Shown here: in pieces, positions 41,101 through 51,904 of the stretch
Layout: each line of letters opens with the position of its first letter
Numbering within the stretch: position 1 is the first letter of the stretch
Source: Schmidtea polychroa
Lineage: Eukaryota
Direction: 5' to 3'
DNA length: 64,000 nucleotides
NCBI GenBank assembly: GCA_044892525.1
Contig: CM097885.1
Location: 160,270,001 to 160,334,000, forward strand
Notes under the pieces: model-generated
The model's database searches: none
What the model was told of the DNA's origin: nothing
Seen by the model: only the letters and a program-made list of their open reading frames with translations
Translations under genes and position numbers: made by a program

Positions 41101-44100
41101 AACTTGCTTGGGAAGAGAGGGTATTCCGTTATGACACCTTTGTATAAACCATAATAATTGCGACCTTTATTATAATTAAACTGATTAATTTGCTTCTCGA
41201 CTACTTCTGGAACATAATCTGTTTCAATAACAATTGGTGTTAATTACTTTAATATGATTGAACAGGAACGTCATTGCATCTCATCCACTATTTCTGAACA
41301 TTAAAATTGCGAAGTTCTATCTTTGGTTGCAAATAAATTCAGGTGAATTTCACCGACATTAATATTAATATTTAAAAATTTTTTAATTATAAATAGAAAA
41401 TTTAAATAAATTCTAATAATATTTGTGATCAGAAAATATATTTTGGATGATTGGTATAAAAATGCCATAAAATTTATTGCAATAACCATCTTCCAAACTT
41501 TTCTCATTTGACTTTTATAGTGAGCTCATAAATGAACATCAATACAAATAAGCAACATGTGGCGCATTTTATGCATTATGAATGTGTTAAAAACATTAAT
41601 AATTATGGGAATGCTAATATTTGAAAGGCATGATAATATTTAATTTTTACAAATTTATTTATTAACTAACTAATTACTTGGAGAACCTGATGTTTGATCC
41701 TGCCTAGTCTTGTAAGATCCATCTAGAAAATTGAAAAGTTAAGACAAAAAGTATAGTCTGAAAGTATGCTCACGGAAATAGACCGTGTTATTAATTATAT
41801 TAATCATATTAATAATATTGGATAGAGGCTGCACCTAGTGATGCAAACACTGTCATTTTTACCGGGAAACTCCGGATTTGGAGATCATTATTTGGGCCCA
41901 GATTAACAATACAACTCTTCTGGGTTGGGTCAGTGGGTTAATTCAAATTTACAATTTGGCTTATATTTTCAATACAAGCTAAAAACTAAACATATTATGC
42001 ATGTTCCCACCAAAAACCGAGATCCTAGTCGAGAAAGTCGACACAACAAACAATGTAATCGTCTCTGGGCTGGTAGACTTGTATAAATTAGAATTTTTGG
42101 AAAATAATGTATAATGAATTTTTGAATTTTAATTTTTTTTGATTTACAACGAATTGAATAAATTGTGTAAATGTAGATTTATATGTTTTTATTATCTCCT
42201 CCTTTCCACAACAACGAAATTCTTTTTCTCCGGGTCAACATTTGAACAAAAAATGTATATATATTTTGAATTGAATTTATTAATCTAATTTTATGGAAAT
42301 GAAAAAGAAAAATTTTCTGAAGTCCTATTTGTTACCATTATTGCGAAGAATCTGGATTCTTTTTCTATATAATTTAATATTTTCATATCAAAATGCAAAA
42401 TGTTAAAATTTTTTAAAAAGTTTATTTTTCACTAGAATTTTAATTTCTTTATTTCATCCTTTCCATATGTTTGAAACTGATGGTCGTTTAATAAAATTTT
42501 GATCAGATTTAGTGAAGCATGAACTTTTCCATAGACACAAATGTATTAGATGCATTTCATTAAGACTGATTGTAGTGTGGAGGTAAGTGATGGAGATAAG
42601 ATGATGGTGGGAGGATTCTGGATAAACCAAGCTTAGAAAATACAAATAATGTTGGAGGTAACGATGAGTGTGGCCCAAAGACTGTGAGCGCGATACCTTT
42701 TGAGTATGTATACAAATAATGGATTTCAACGTCACAAAACGTGACGGGCATGGTCTAGTGAGGGATAAGTGCATGAGTATTAATCTATTAAAACATTGAG
42801 ATAAAACAATTATGATCATATTTCTTCCCATTGTGCATTTGACCTGTTTTCTAATAATTCCAACATACAACTTTTTCCTTGAGTATTTTGTTTGTCCTCC
42901 CATATAAGGATATATAAATTAAATAAAGTATATAAGATATAAAATAATTTATAATTTGAATTCTTAAAAGGTTGAATGATAAGTTGACCTGTTTTATCAT
43001 CCCATTGAATTTTCTTGATTCCAGATTGAGAATTTACGATTTTGATCCCCTGAATGCAATTTAACAAATGCTCTAACGGTACTCCTTCTATAGATTCATC
43101 ATCTTAAAGAATTTTTAAAAGGCATGTTAAAAAAAGCCTTACCAGGTGATTCTGTATTTTCTTCGGATTCCCGAATGTTATTCAATGGCTCCGACTCCAA
43201 TTGATCAGGTGCATTTGTAGCAATGGGAATTTTCATAATTTTGATATCATGAAATTCACTTTTGTAACAAGACAAAAAGCTTATTAAATGAACAGATCCT
43301 TTATGAGATTGCAAGATTTTATGAACTTGTTCCTTGAATAATTTCAATGATATCTCGACATTCGGTAGAATAGCTGATTCAAGAGCTGCAATATAATCTT
43401 CTGTTCCTTCTTTGCAATGTTGAACACAAACTAATGACTCCATAGTTTCACCTAACTGAGTACAAACAATAAACTTTTATTAATATATTTAAAAGAAATT
43501 TTAGGATAAGTTAAATTTCTAGCAAAATTCATAAATACCGTTAAAAGAGATGAAGTTATTTTGCTATGTTCCTGGTAAGTAAATGTCCTTTCCTATTTGA
43601 TTTTGCCCTAAAATAATAAAAAAGACTGCTGTTTCCTCAAACTTTGCTTTTGTTATCAGAACAGTGGTATTTTGAAAGTTAGTTATTTCTCGGAATATTC
43701 AGAATGAATTCACTTCTAAATGAACTTGGAGTAATTATTGAAAAATTCGAAAACTTTTCAAAAATAACAGTAGAAATAGCATGATCCTAAGCACAACAAT
43801 TCTGTCAAATAAACCAATTTATGAAGACAAGAGAAAAGGGTTCTCAGTGGAAGCATTTGCCAATATATGTAAATTATGTAATGCAGACAACATCATTCTT
43901 TGGTTGTCATCATTTTCAATTAATAAATATTAGAATGTTAATGAAAGATTTATACCTCATAATTTTTTAAATTAAAAATATTAAATTTACACTAAAATAT
44001 ATACGCGTATATAGAAGTCTGGGTGGATAGGTAGTAGAAATTCCTATTCGAATATCGAAATACCGAATTATTCACCTTTTTTAACTTTTCGATATTCGAC

Positions 44101-47100
44101 AAATGCATTAATTATTCGTTTTTTAGTGTAATATTTTGTAAATTTTGATTTCTAAATAAACATTGTATCCAAGAATACTCATTTTTTTAAATACCAATAA
44201 CGCAGGTAAACCCTTGTAACCCCAGATGTTGGAATGTGATTTTAAAGGGGGATTATTTTTTAAACAAAAAATCAGAATGAGAAATATTAATTTTTGAAGA
44301 AAAACTTACTGTTAATTATTCCTTTATAAACGTTTTATCCAAATAACAGACTATATTAATAAAACATTAAAAGCATTCAATCTGAATACAGTTTTTGATA
44401 GATCTACTAGGTGTTCTTTCACTAATGGAACTGGAGTCAGAGAATTAAGAAAAAATTGTACAACTTTAATAACTGTAGGAGTATAGCAATTTTTATTTAA
44501 AAAATTGGACGATATGGGTACAGAAATTATTAAAAAATTATTGAGGTACTAAAAGGAAAATGACTGAATATTGAAATGAAACATTAATAACGTCATTTAT
44601 TCATCTAAAAACTAGAGATTAGGGTTTCTACCTCGGTAAAAATTTACCGGTAAATAATTAAGCAAAAAATCGTCTAGTTTAAATAAAAAATTATTATAAG
44701 TGTTGGGCTAGAGCCAAAAATTGAGAGCTTGTTTTAATGAGTCGGAAATACATAGCATAGAAACCGCACGAATTAGAATTAAAATCTATGATTATTCACC
44801 AAATAATACAAAGTAAAGTACACAACACATTGAGAATAAATAAAACACGTATAATAAAATGAAGGAATGCAAGAAATTGCAATCACCAACACAATTAAGA
44901 GAGAAATAACGCTTTTGAAAAACCTGCCAACTCGAAAATAAAAGAATAATAAATAAAATAAATAATTGTGTAAAATACTTTTTTACGGATGTCTAACATT
45001 TGAATAATATAAACATTGCAAGCTTTGTGATACCCAGTGCAAATCCAAATAGTAGACTAGTTTCTAGCATTTGGCTCTCATCAGTACTATGCAGGAGACG
45101 CGAAGATTTGATTCAACTCTATTGCATACTTAACTGGAACACTGGAAATCACATCACTTGCAAATTAGCTAATTCACAGAAAAAATATCTGCAAACTTGT
45201 CAACATGGCGTATGAAAAATCATATTCACCCCCGGAGACCAAAATAGTCTATACACAGAAACGTTTACGGATCCACTTGTAAACAGTTCCTGTTTATAGA
45301 CTATATAGAACAACATTTATGAATTGGGAAAAAGGGCGGATCCCTGCGCAAAATTGAATAACATCCAGTAATTAAGATCAACCAATATACCGCGTTAGTC
45401 GAAGGTAACCGGTAATTCAAAAATGTTTTTAATATTTTAGAAGTTTATCTCAAACTTTTATGGTTCATGAAATTTTGTTTTTGAGTAATTTTTGAAGTTT
45501 TTATATCAACTTAAAAATCAATTTTACGATATCTTTTTTATACTATCATTTTTTTCTTAAAATTGTCTAAAAAAAAGTTATTAATATTGCTAATATTGCC
45601 TCATAAATATATATTGTAAGTTTGGATCTATTTTTTAATGAGTTATGTTTGTGTTCCGTATTTATTTTTTTCACCTTTTCAATTTCTATAGTGTAGTGTA
45701 TCTCATTGCACTTGTAAAGAATAACATCAAGTGTTTCTATATTATAACGTTATTTATTTTTCCCCAATATTAAAGGTGTATCTCAGTGGAGTTTGATATG
45801 GTGAAAAATTAAAAAAGTATATTGTAATCAACATACTTCTGATGGATTTGAGGCTTGCGTAATGGAATTTATTGCAGTATTAGTCAAGCTTATTATTTTC
45901 CAATTTTGATTTCCTCCAACATCCTTGATTTCCACAAAGTCTTTCATTCTATAAAAATCAGAAATGCATATGCTTCGATGATATTTCTTTTCATAAAGTT
46001 CCATGAATTTATAGACCGACAAAGAATACCCAGCAACAGATTTCAATAAAGTTGCTACTTCTTGTTTGATGTTAATTGGCGATGGAATTGTATTATTACT
46101 AACGAGATTAACCTGTATTCGTTTGTATCCAATTTTCTTTCGGTGAAATTGAGAAATAGCCAATCGGGCGTCTTCCATGCTGCCCAATCGCACTATTCCA
46201 CAATTCGATCCATCTGGTTGAGTTTGAATCAAAACACTGTGAACTCGTTTAATTGCATTTTGAAATTGATTAAGCAATAATTTCCTCCATTCTTTCGCGC
46301 TAATATTATAATCAAGATTCGTAACAAGCAAGTCGATACTTTGTCCATTAGAAATATTTGATTCCGAGGATTCGTTTGTGATTGGTAAATTTGCCGTTCG
46401 GTGAATTGTTGTCGACTTGTTTCGATTGCTGTTTTCTGAAGAATTTACTGGATTTCCTTTTAATGAAATCGATTTCGATTTATTTCGAGTTGACTTGAAA
46501 GACTTTCGGAAATTTTCTTGAGATTTATACGGAACATTTTTATCTTGATATTGGACAATTCGTTTTTGAATAATTTGATTCATTTCGTTTGATGCGGCTT
46601 TAACCGATTCAATGTTATTCGAGCTGACATTAATGTAATTGCTGTTCAAATAATTCGTTGGCTCAATTGAATTCACCTGGATGTTGTTTAAAACGGCTAT
46701 TTGGTTTGATTGGTAATTCATTTGGGGTAAAAATGAATGAAGGTGGTTCATGTTGACCATTGTTCGATAATAATCAGAGTTATTAATGAAATTAGTATTT
46801 TGCAATCCTATATAGTATCCTTCGGGGCCGGTTTCGTTAGTTGTGTAATTAAATTGATAATTTATTGCATTACTAGCATTAGGAATAGGATTGATATTCG
46901 GGATTGGATATAGTGGAGTATTAATTTGTCCATTGAGATTTTGTGGCACATATGTAGGATAATTCGCATCAAACATATGAAGAAATTGAGGATCATTTGA
47001 TTGTTGGATTGATTGGAAATTATTTGCTATTAAATTCGAGTTTTGAAATGCTTCTTCTTCACTTATGAATGACTGGATTGGCTGTTTTAAATATTCAACA

Positions 47101-47162
47101 GACTTATTAGAGATCTGATTCGACTGACCAATTGGATACATCTGTTGTGTTTGATAATTCAT
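28023..47162 (-). CDS. MARF1: MARF1/Limkain-b1-like RNA-binding protein (RRM + multiple LOTUS/OST-HTH); exons 47162-45837, 43455-43143, 43102-42989, 36764-(gap 36075), 30774-30235, 28314-28023
   Basis: RRM DLLVTNLDY...HRKKIGYKRIQV; GVPLEHLLNCIQGIKI; LOTUS repeats [36 protein letters not shown] and [31 protein letters not shown]. GT-AG junctions are phase-consistent where visible. Confidence 0.92.
28503..29385 (+). mobile_element. TA-flanked MITE (Tc1/mariner-like), copy A
   Basis: TA|CACCAAACACCACTGAGA...TCTCAGTGGTGTTTGGTG|TA. Confidence 0.85.
30096..30160. mobile_element. 65-bp hAT-like TIR remnant
   Basis: CAGTGTTTTCCAAC...GTTGGGAAACACTG; flanking 8-mers differ (ATCTACAA vs ATATAGGC). Confidence 0.45.
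31011..31547 (+). mobile_element. hAT (TAGGGTTGCCA-type) ends / MITE; duplicated left end at 31011 and 31436
   Basis: TAGAGTTGCCACCTCTCCG and TAGGGTTGCCACCTCTCCG; degenerate right end GGTAACAACCCTTA at about 31547. Confidence 0.45.
31987..32037. repeat. (AAT)n microsatellite
   Basis: Direct reading. Confidence 0.95.
32725..32850 (+). repeat. Dispersed repeat, copy 2 (see 18555-18680)
   Basis: Reverse-complement similarity to 18555-18680. Confidence 0.45.
33199..34018 (-). mobile_element. TA-flanked MITE, copy B (inverted relative to copy A); partial copies at 34021-34206, about 34780-35000 and about 45420-45800
   Basis: Same TIRs and TA flanks; internal sequence is the reverse complement of 28503-29385. 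Confidence 0.85.
35928..36074. other. Assembly gap (N run), truncates a MARF1 exon
   Basis: Run of n. Confidence 1.
37142..37852 (-). mobile_element. piggyBac transposase 3' remnant with terminal TTAA|CACATT end
   Basis: DNYYNSVETCEILL...CGTIR, CIYDYKKFMKCVDRAD, IVRRTKKWAK; TTAA at 37138-41. Confidence 0.8.
37673..38138. repeat. About 180-bp near-perfect inverted duplication (37673-37852 / 37921-38100) around (TA)n, followed by a second (TA)n
   Basis: Arms differ at a single position by inspection. Confidence 0.9.
38545..39070 (+). repeat. G-rich minisatellite arrays (14-bp GGAAGGTAGTGGAT and 13-bp TTAAAGGTAGTAG units)
   Basis: Direct reading of tandem units. Confidence 0.9.
45049..45090 (-). 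ncRNA. Minimal type-I hammerhead ribozyme motif (degenerate stem II closing pair)
   Basis: Minus strand ATAGTA-CTGATGA-GAGCCAAATGCTA-GAAAC-TA-GTC-TACTAT: perfect 6-bp stem I, intact CUGAUGA/GAAA core, GUC cleavage triplet and short palindromic stem III. Confidence 0.7.
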
Positions 47163-47623
47163 GGAGTTTTCTTTTTTGTCTGATGTATTGAATTTTCTTT
47201 TGACATTCAATTTAATAAGCCAATTAATTTTCAGATGATCAATTAAGCATGTCGTCTTTCGATCTAAATAATTTTCAAATTTATTAATTCCAGATGAATT
47301 ATTTTTGAAAAATTGAAATTAAATATTAACTAAAATAAATAGATAATAATATCATTACTTTTGCTATTGAATTTTATGCGTAATATTTTACCGAGTATTA
47401 AAATGCAAATGATTTGATAAAACAAATTTATTAACATGAAATTAAATTTTGCTGGATTTTTTAAATACCTATATGAAAAACACTGTTCTTTTAAAGTCAA
47501 CATTGTATTTGATATTATTTAAGGATTATCGGCTTTTAAAAACAGGGTTTTAATTAAAAATTGCTGGTTATATATACAAACTTAATTTATAAAAATTTTA
47601 ATTATTAATAATTTACAATTTAA

Positions 47624-47858
47624 ACTTTTAGTGCCCAAATCTGAATTCAATTAAAAAAAAAATTTTTATCGAAACGCTACAACTGCTGAACCAACAGTCA
47701 CGACAGATGTGTATATCAGTTCATCGCAGCGCATTAGTCCCAACGATATGTGTTCCTTGCAAATACTGACAGACACGAGAGGTCGAAATACTATCTAATG
47801 ACTAAATTATGGAAGAAAATAATGGCAGTACTTTTAAGTACCGTTAGGTACTAAAGGG
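47624..47858. mobile_element. Possible piggyBac-type MITE
   Basis: TTAA on both sides; degenerate 12-bp TIR ACTTTTAGTGCC vs CCCTTTAGTACC (9/12). Confidence 0.35.
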
Positions 47859-47919
47859 TTAAAGACATTTATTATTATTATTTTGCAAAACCAAAACGAC
47901 TCAATACATTTATTTGTTG

Positions 47920-48075
47920 NNNNNNNNNNNNNNNNNNNNNNNNNNNNNNNNNNNNNNNNNNNNNNNNNNNNNNNNNNNNNNNNNNNNNNNNNNNNNNNNN
48001 NNNNNNNNNNNNNNNNNNNNNNNNNNNNNNNNNNNNNNNNNNNNNNNNNNNNNNNNNNNNNNNNNNNNNNNNNNN
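47920..48075. other. Assembly gap (N run)
   Basis: Run of n. Confidence 1.
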
Positions 48076-48768
48076 AAATCGAAAATAAATAATAAACGCG
48101 GGAAACCAGTATGGTTGAACTCCAAATTGAAAGACAAATTCAGGAAACATAATGAAAGTTAATAAGGGATACACTGAGAAAGTTAATACGAAAAACAAAA
48201 ATTATTGGGAAGCCGGAAACCATGGGAAACCCGAAGCGTAGTGAGACCTGATTGATCAGATAAGAGAGAGAATATTCCGAGCGCCAATCTAGAACGAACA
48301 AATTAAAATAATTTGGAAACCTTCAAATGTTTACCTAGGATTCCGAGAAGATAATTAATTGCAATTCTGTAAATAATTGCTCTCACAGGAAAAGTATAAA
48401 AAGAGAGCTCAAAAACAGACAACCCGCCAGTTGGTCGAAGAAACAAAGGGACGCTCAGTGAATCAGGCGACCAGTAATCAGGAAACGAAATATCGTAATT
48501 GAAAAAAAGTTTAATCCGCGTAACAGAAAGGTGACTATCAACATTGACGATTTACATATTTGGGCAAAAATAGATAAAGGAAATAAATAATTTGTTTGAC
48601 TGAATAAAAAAACAGTTATAATTTTGTAAATTAAAATTTTGTATATTAAGGAATCATTTTTAAATGCGCTCTAAGTCTATAAATTTTAATAAAACAATTG
48701 CTTTTTGTTGCAATTCATTTGGTTTAGATTATAATAAATTAAGAATCCGATTTTCTTTTATTTATTTA

Positions 48769-49758
48769 TGTTAAGTTTTATGATATCAAAATCAACCGTT
48801 GGTTACTCTGACTCCACGTGTTCCAAAATCAATAAACACAAACTCCCAACGTATATTTGTTTTATAACAATTCACAACTCTCAACAATTAATCACACTGT
48901 TGGTTAATCACAATTCTCACACAATTTCAGATCTAACTCCGCCCTGGAAGGTCTCGCCCTTGTACGATTTAAAAAATAAGTTTCACCTTTTGTTTGATTC
49001 CGCTCTCTGATCCGAACTCTTTTAATATTCCTTTCTGACTCCTAAATTCCTCTTATAATTCCTTTTTCCTTTTATTTTATTCCTCGAACTCCTATCGTCT
49101 GTTTCTTCGTATCCCTACCTAAGGCTATCGCCGATTATGTGAATTTTGAGTTTCCTTATATACTCCCATAATTGTTGTAATTGCCCCATTTTTGACCTAA
49201 TTGGTTTTGACTTCTTTAGCTATCATTCCCTAATTGACTATTTTTGTTGACCCTCTTCGTAATTCCCCTTCTTTTGTTTACCCTCGTTTATCCGGTTGTT
49301 TGGATAATTGCCCTCTGAATTCCTCGTTTGTTTACCCTTCCAAATTGCCGTGCTCGGGTTTTCTTCATCGCTCGGGTTCTCCATTGGCTCGGGCTTTCCA
49401 TTAGCTCGGGTTTCCCATTAGCCAATTAATTAATTAATTAATATTTTACGTTTTTCCACATTTGTCTGTTTTACGACCCTTTCTACACATTTTCTAACTA
49501 TTTCTTGCTCACTGTCTTCTTCACCATCCCCTAATCTACCCCTCTCCCATTTTCAGCTTCAATTTCGATAACTTCTCACTTTATTCCACTTCCTCAGGTT
49601 TGCGCATTTTTCCATTTTATGTCTGATTGTACCCTTTTATAGTTCTGTTTTTATCATATCTTTCTTTGCCATTGCTTCTCTGCTTGACCGCCATTCAATT
49701 TCGGGTTTCCTTTTAATCTGAACTATATGATTTAATAATTTATTTTCAAACCTCAACA
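48769..49758 (-). mobile_element. Solo LTR, same family as 7100-8145
   Basis: TG...CA ends with 4-bp TSD TTTA; shares AATTAATTGGCTAATGG.AAACCCGAG repeats and the terminal AATATACGTTGGG...GGAGTCAGAG...AACA block. Confidence 0.88.
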
Positions 49759-50161
49759 TTTATGACATTGAATTATAAAATTTTTAGTTATATTATAATG
49801 AACTAGAGAGAGAGACGATGAACAAAAAGTAAAATGATTCTAACAAACGAGGCAAGTTTTTGACTATTTGGATTACTAAATGCCCTTTTGGAATGTCAAA
49901 GTGTCAATGGAAAATTTCCGGAGCTTTGCATAATTTATTTTAGGTTTATAGTTATTTTATTTTATTTTTATTTAATTCTTCTGTAAGTATAACTATATTA
50001 GATTGTTACATTTTAATCACCATTGCCGTTTTTGACAATTTCTCAATTAGGTTTGGTTTTCTTTTTGGTCATTGTCGTCCCCATAACGTCGGGGAAAGGA
50101 TATTTAAAAAAACTATACAGCTCACCTCGGGACTATTTAAACTATACGGCTCACCTCGGGA

Positions 50162-50415
50162 CTATTTAATGCCCTATGTAAAAAATATGAAATAAAACGC
50201 AACCGAATCGCTGCTTACAACTCACAAGTAAACGGAAAAATCGAAAGATTACATAGGATACTTAAAAAAAGCATTAGAAACAGAGCAAACGACAGATATT
50301 GGCTCACCGAACTACCGACAATCCTACTGGGTTTAAGGAGCACCCCCAAATCAATCGACAACGATAGCTCTTCTTTTAAAGTTTTCGGCAGACAATCAAA
50401 TCTCCCATCACTCAA
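50162..50415 (+). pseudogene. Gypsy integrase C-terminal core fragment
   Basis: LFNALCKKYEIKRNRIAAYNSQVNGKIERLHRILK...WLTELPTILLGLRSTP...VFG. Confidence 0.8.
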
Positions 50416-50651
50416 AAACAAAACAACAAAAAATACAGAAACAAACAAACAAAAGTAATTTTAAAAAGGAGACCTGACGCAATAGTAAAATTGAAGAAAA
50501 TAAAAAATCGATGCAAAAAGAAATTAGAGAAGAAATTTCGAGAAATAATAATCTTGGAAATAAAAAGGACAAAAATCTGTGAAAACAAAAGAAATTGAAT
50601 TTAAGAATCGTCAAACGTGTTGGGGTTACACCTCGGCTGACCACTCTACCA

Positions 50652-51109
50652 TGTTGACGGGTCTAAGGGTTGATTGTCCATCTCGAATAAAAGGTGCCAC
50701 CGATTTGTCAACCTGGAGTGAAACCCCACATAACTTTCTTCCAACATAGTGCCCGTGAATCACTTCACGTTGGTACTGCACTATGCAGGCGAGACGCCAG
50801 CAAGCAGGTGAGCTTCTGCCTTAAAACTACTCCTTGCTGAGGCCTCGACTTCCCATTCACGACTGCCGATAGAAGGGCTTACGTCCATTTCCTTACACAA
50901 CCGCTTATCGGGATTCGCTGAATGCAAATTGGGAATTTCTCACTAGATCTTGCGGGTTCTCTACTCGACCCACTTAATTAAAGTCTAATTATTCATGAAC
51001 GAAGACGTGTAAGACAACAAGATTTATTAATTTCAATGTTATGACACAAGGATTCAGCTGTACACTTTACTAACGTTTATCGAAAGAAGAGAAAACATCG
51101 TAATCAACA
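50652..51109 (-). mobile_element. Putative LTR-like segment (TGTTGA...TCAACA), relatively GC-rich
   Basis: 6-bp terminal inverted repeat; minus-strand AATAAA followed by a GT-rich tract; no TSD, boundaries uncertain. Confidence 0.35.
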
Positions 51110-51151
51110 TAGATCGGATCCTTGTTCCTCATCCTGACCGCCACTGGGATT

Positions 51152-51904
51152 TTATTGTTTCTCCCATTCAGTGTCGGCGAATAATTCGTCGAGGTTGAAA
51201 AACTCGGAAGCGTTCTCTTCCCACCTTACGCCAGCGGCTGATATGATTCGTGCCGAGGGTCCCGTTGTTAGGTCGATGGACACGTGAGAGTTGCCACCGC
51301 TGGTTGAGTCCTCTATTGCTGGGATGTTTGGCTTTGTAGTAGCGCGCTCGCGCTGTCTCTTCTTGCGCTCTGCACGAGAGAGTTGTTTTCGCTTGGGTTT
51401 GCTTGAAGATGCCACTTGCAGAAGGGTGACTGATACGGATGGACTAGCAGTGGGGGGCTTACTGGTACCCGTGATGACAACATCTGGTCGCTTGGGGGAC
51501 AATTCGGTTTCGACGCAGTCTCGGCACGGTCTCTTGAATGGTGGAGATGGATTCGAGGAAAGGTTGTGATGAGGCGGAAAGATGTCATCGGCCTCTCGGA
51601 TGGGAATCTGCACTATTTTTCGGGTTGTAGCCGCCTGCACGTAAACCTTATGCAGTGCCTCGGATTGTTCTCTGATTAGACTTCTTTGGGCACGGCTCTC
51701 AGATATTAGCGCGTCCCGGCAATGCTCGCTACGATCGAGCTTCCTTTGGATCTCTTTCATCCGAGCGGGACTAAACCATGTCCCTTCCAGCTCGTCTATC
51801 TTCCTCTTGTAACGTCCAATCTGAGTTTGTAGGTCCTTTATCACCGTATTTTTATCCGCGCACGAGAAGCACGGCCGTAATGCTGATTTAGTGGTTGGTA
51901 GCAT
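51152..51904 (-). CDS. Uncharacterised protein (CxxC + coiled coil, Pro/Ser linker, basic NLS-like stretch, acidic W/F-containing tail); probably TE-borne
   Basis: Intact, relatively GC-rich ORF (262 aa from 51940; likely start 51904 after an acceptor-like TAG). Confidence 0.65.
   Translation of the reverse strand: MLPTTKSALRPCFSCADKNTVIKDLQTQIGRYKRKIDELEGTWFSPARMKEIQRKLDRSEHCRDALISESRAQRSLIREQSEALHKVYVQAATTRKIVQIPIREADDIFPPHHNLSSNPSPPFKRPCRDCVETELSPKRPDVVITGTSKPPTASPSVSVTLLQVASSSKPKRKQLSRAERKKRQRERATTKPNIPAIEDSTSGGNSHVSIDLTTGPSARIISAAGVRWEENASEFFNLDELFADTEWEKQ

Noticed and set aside
43510-43610. AG/GT-bounded candidate MARF1 exon
   Set aside because: Stops in all three frames; exons 45837 and 43455 already join in phase.
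50625-50651. TGGTAGAG PBS-like sequence directly after the CA of the 50652 segment (minus strand)
   Set aside because: Cannot be matched to a tRNA 3' end I recognise, and the adjacent internal integrase fragment is on the opposite strand; probably an insertion junction.
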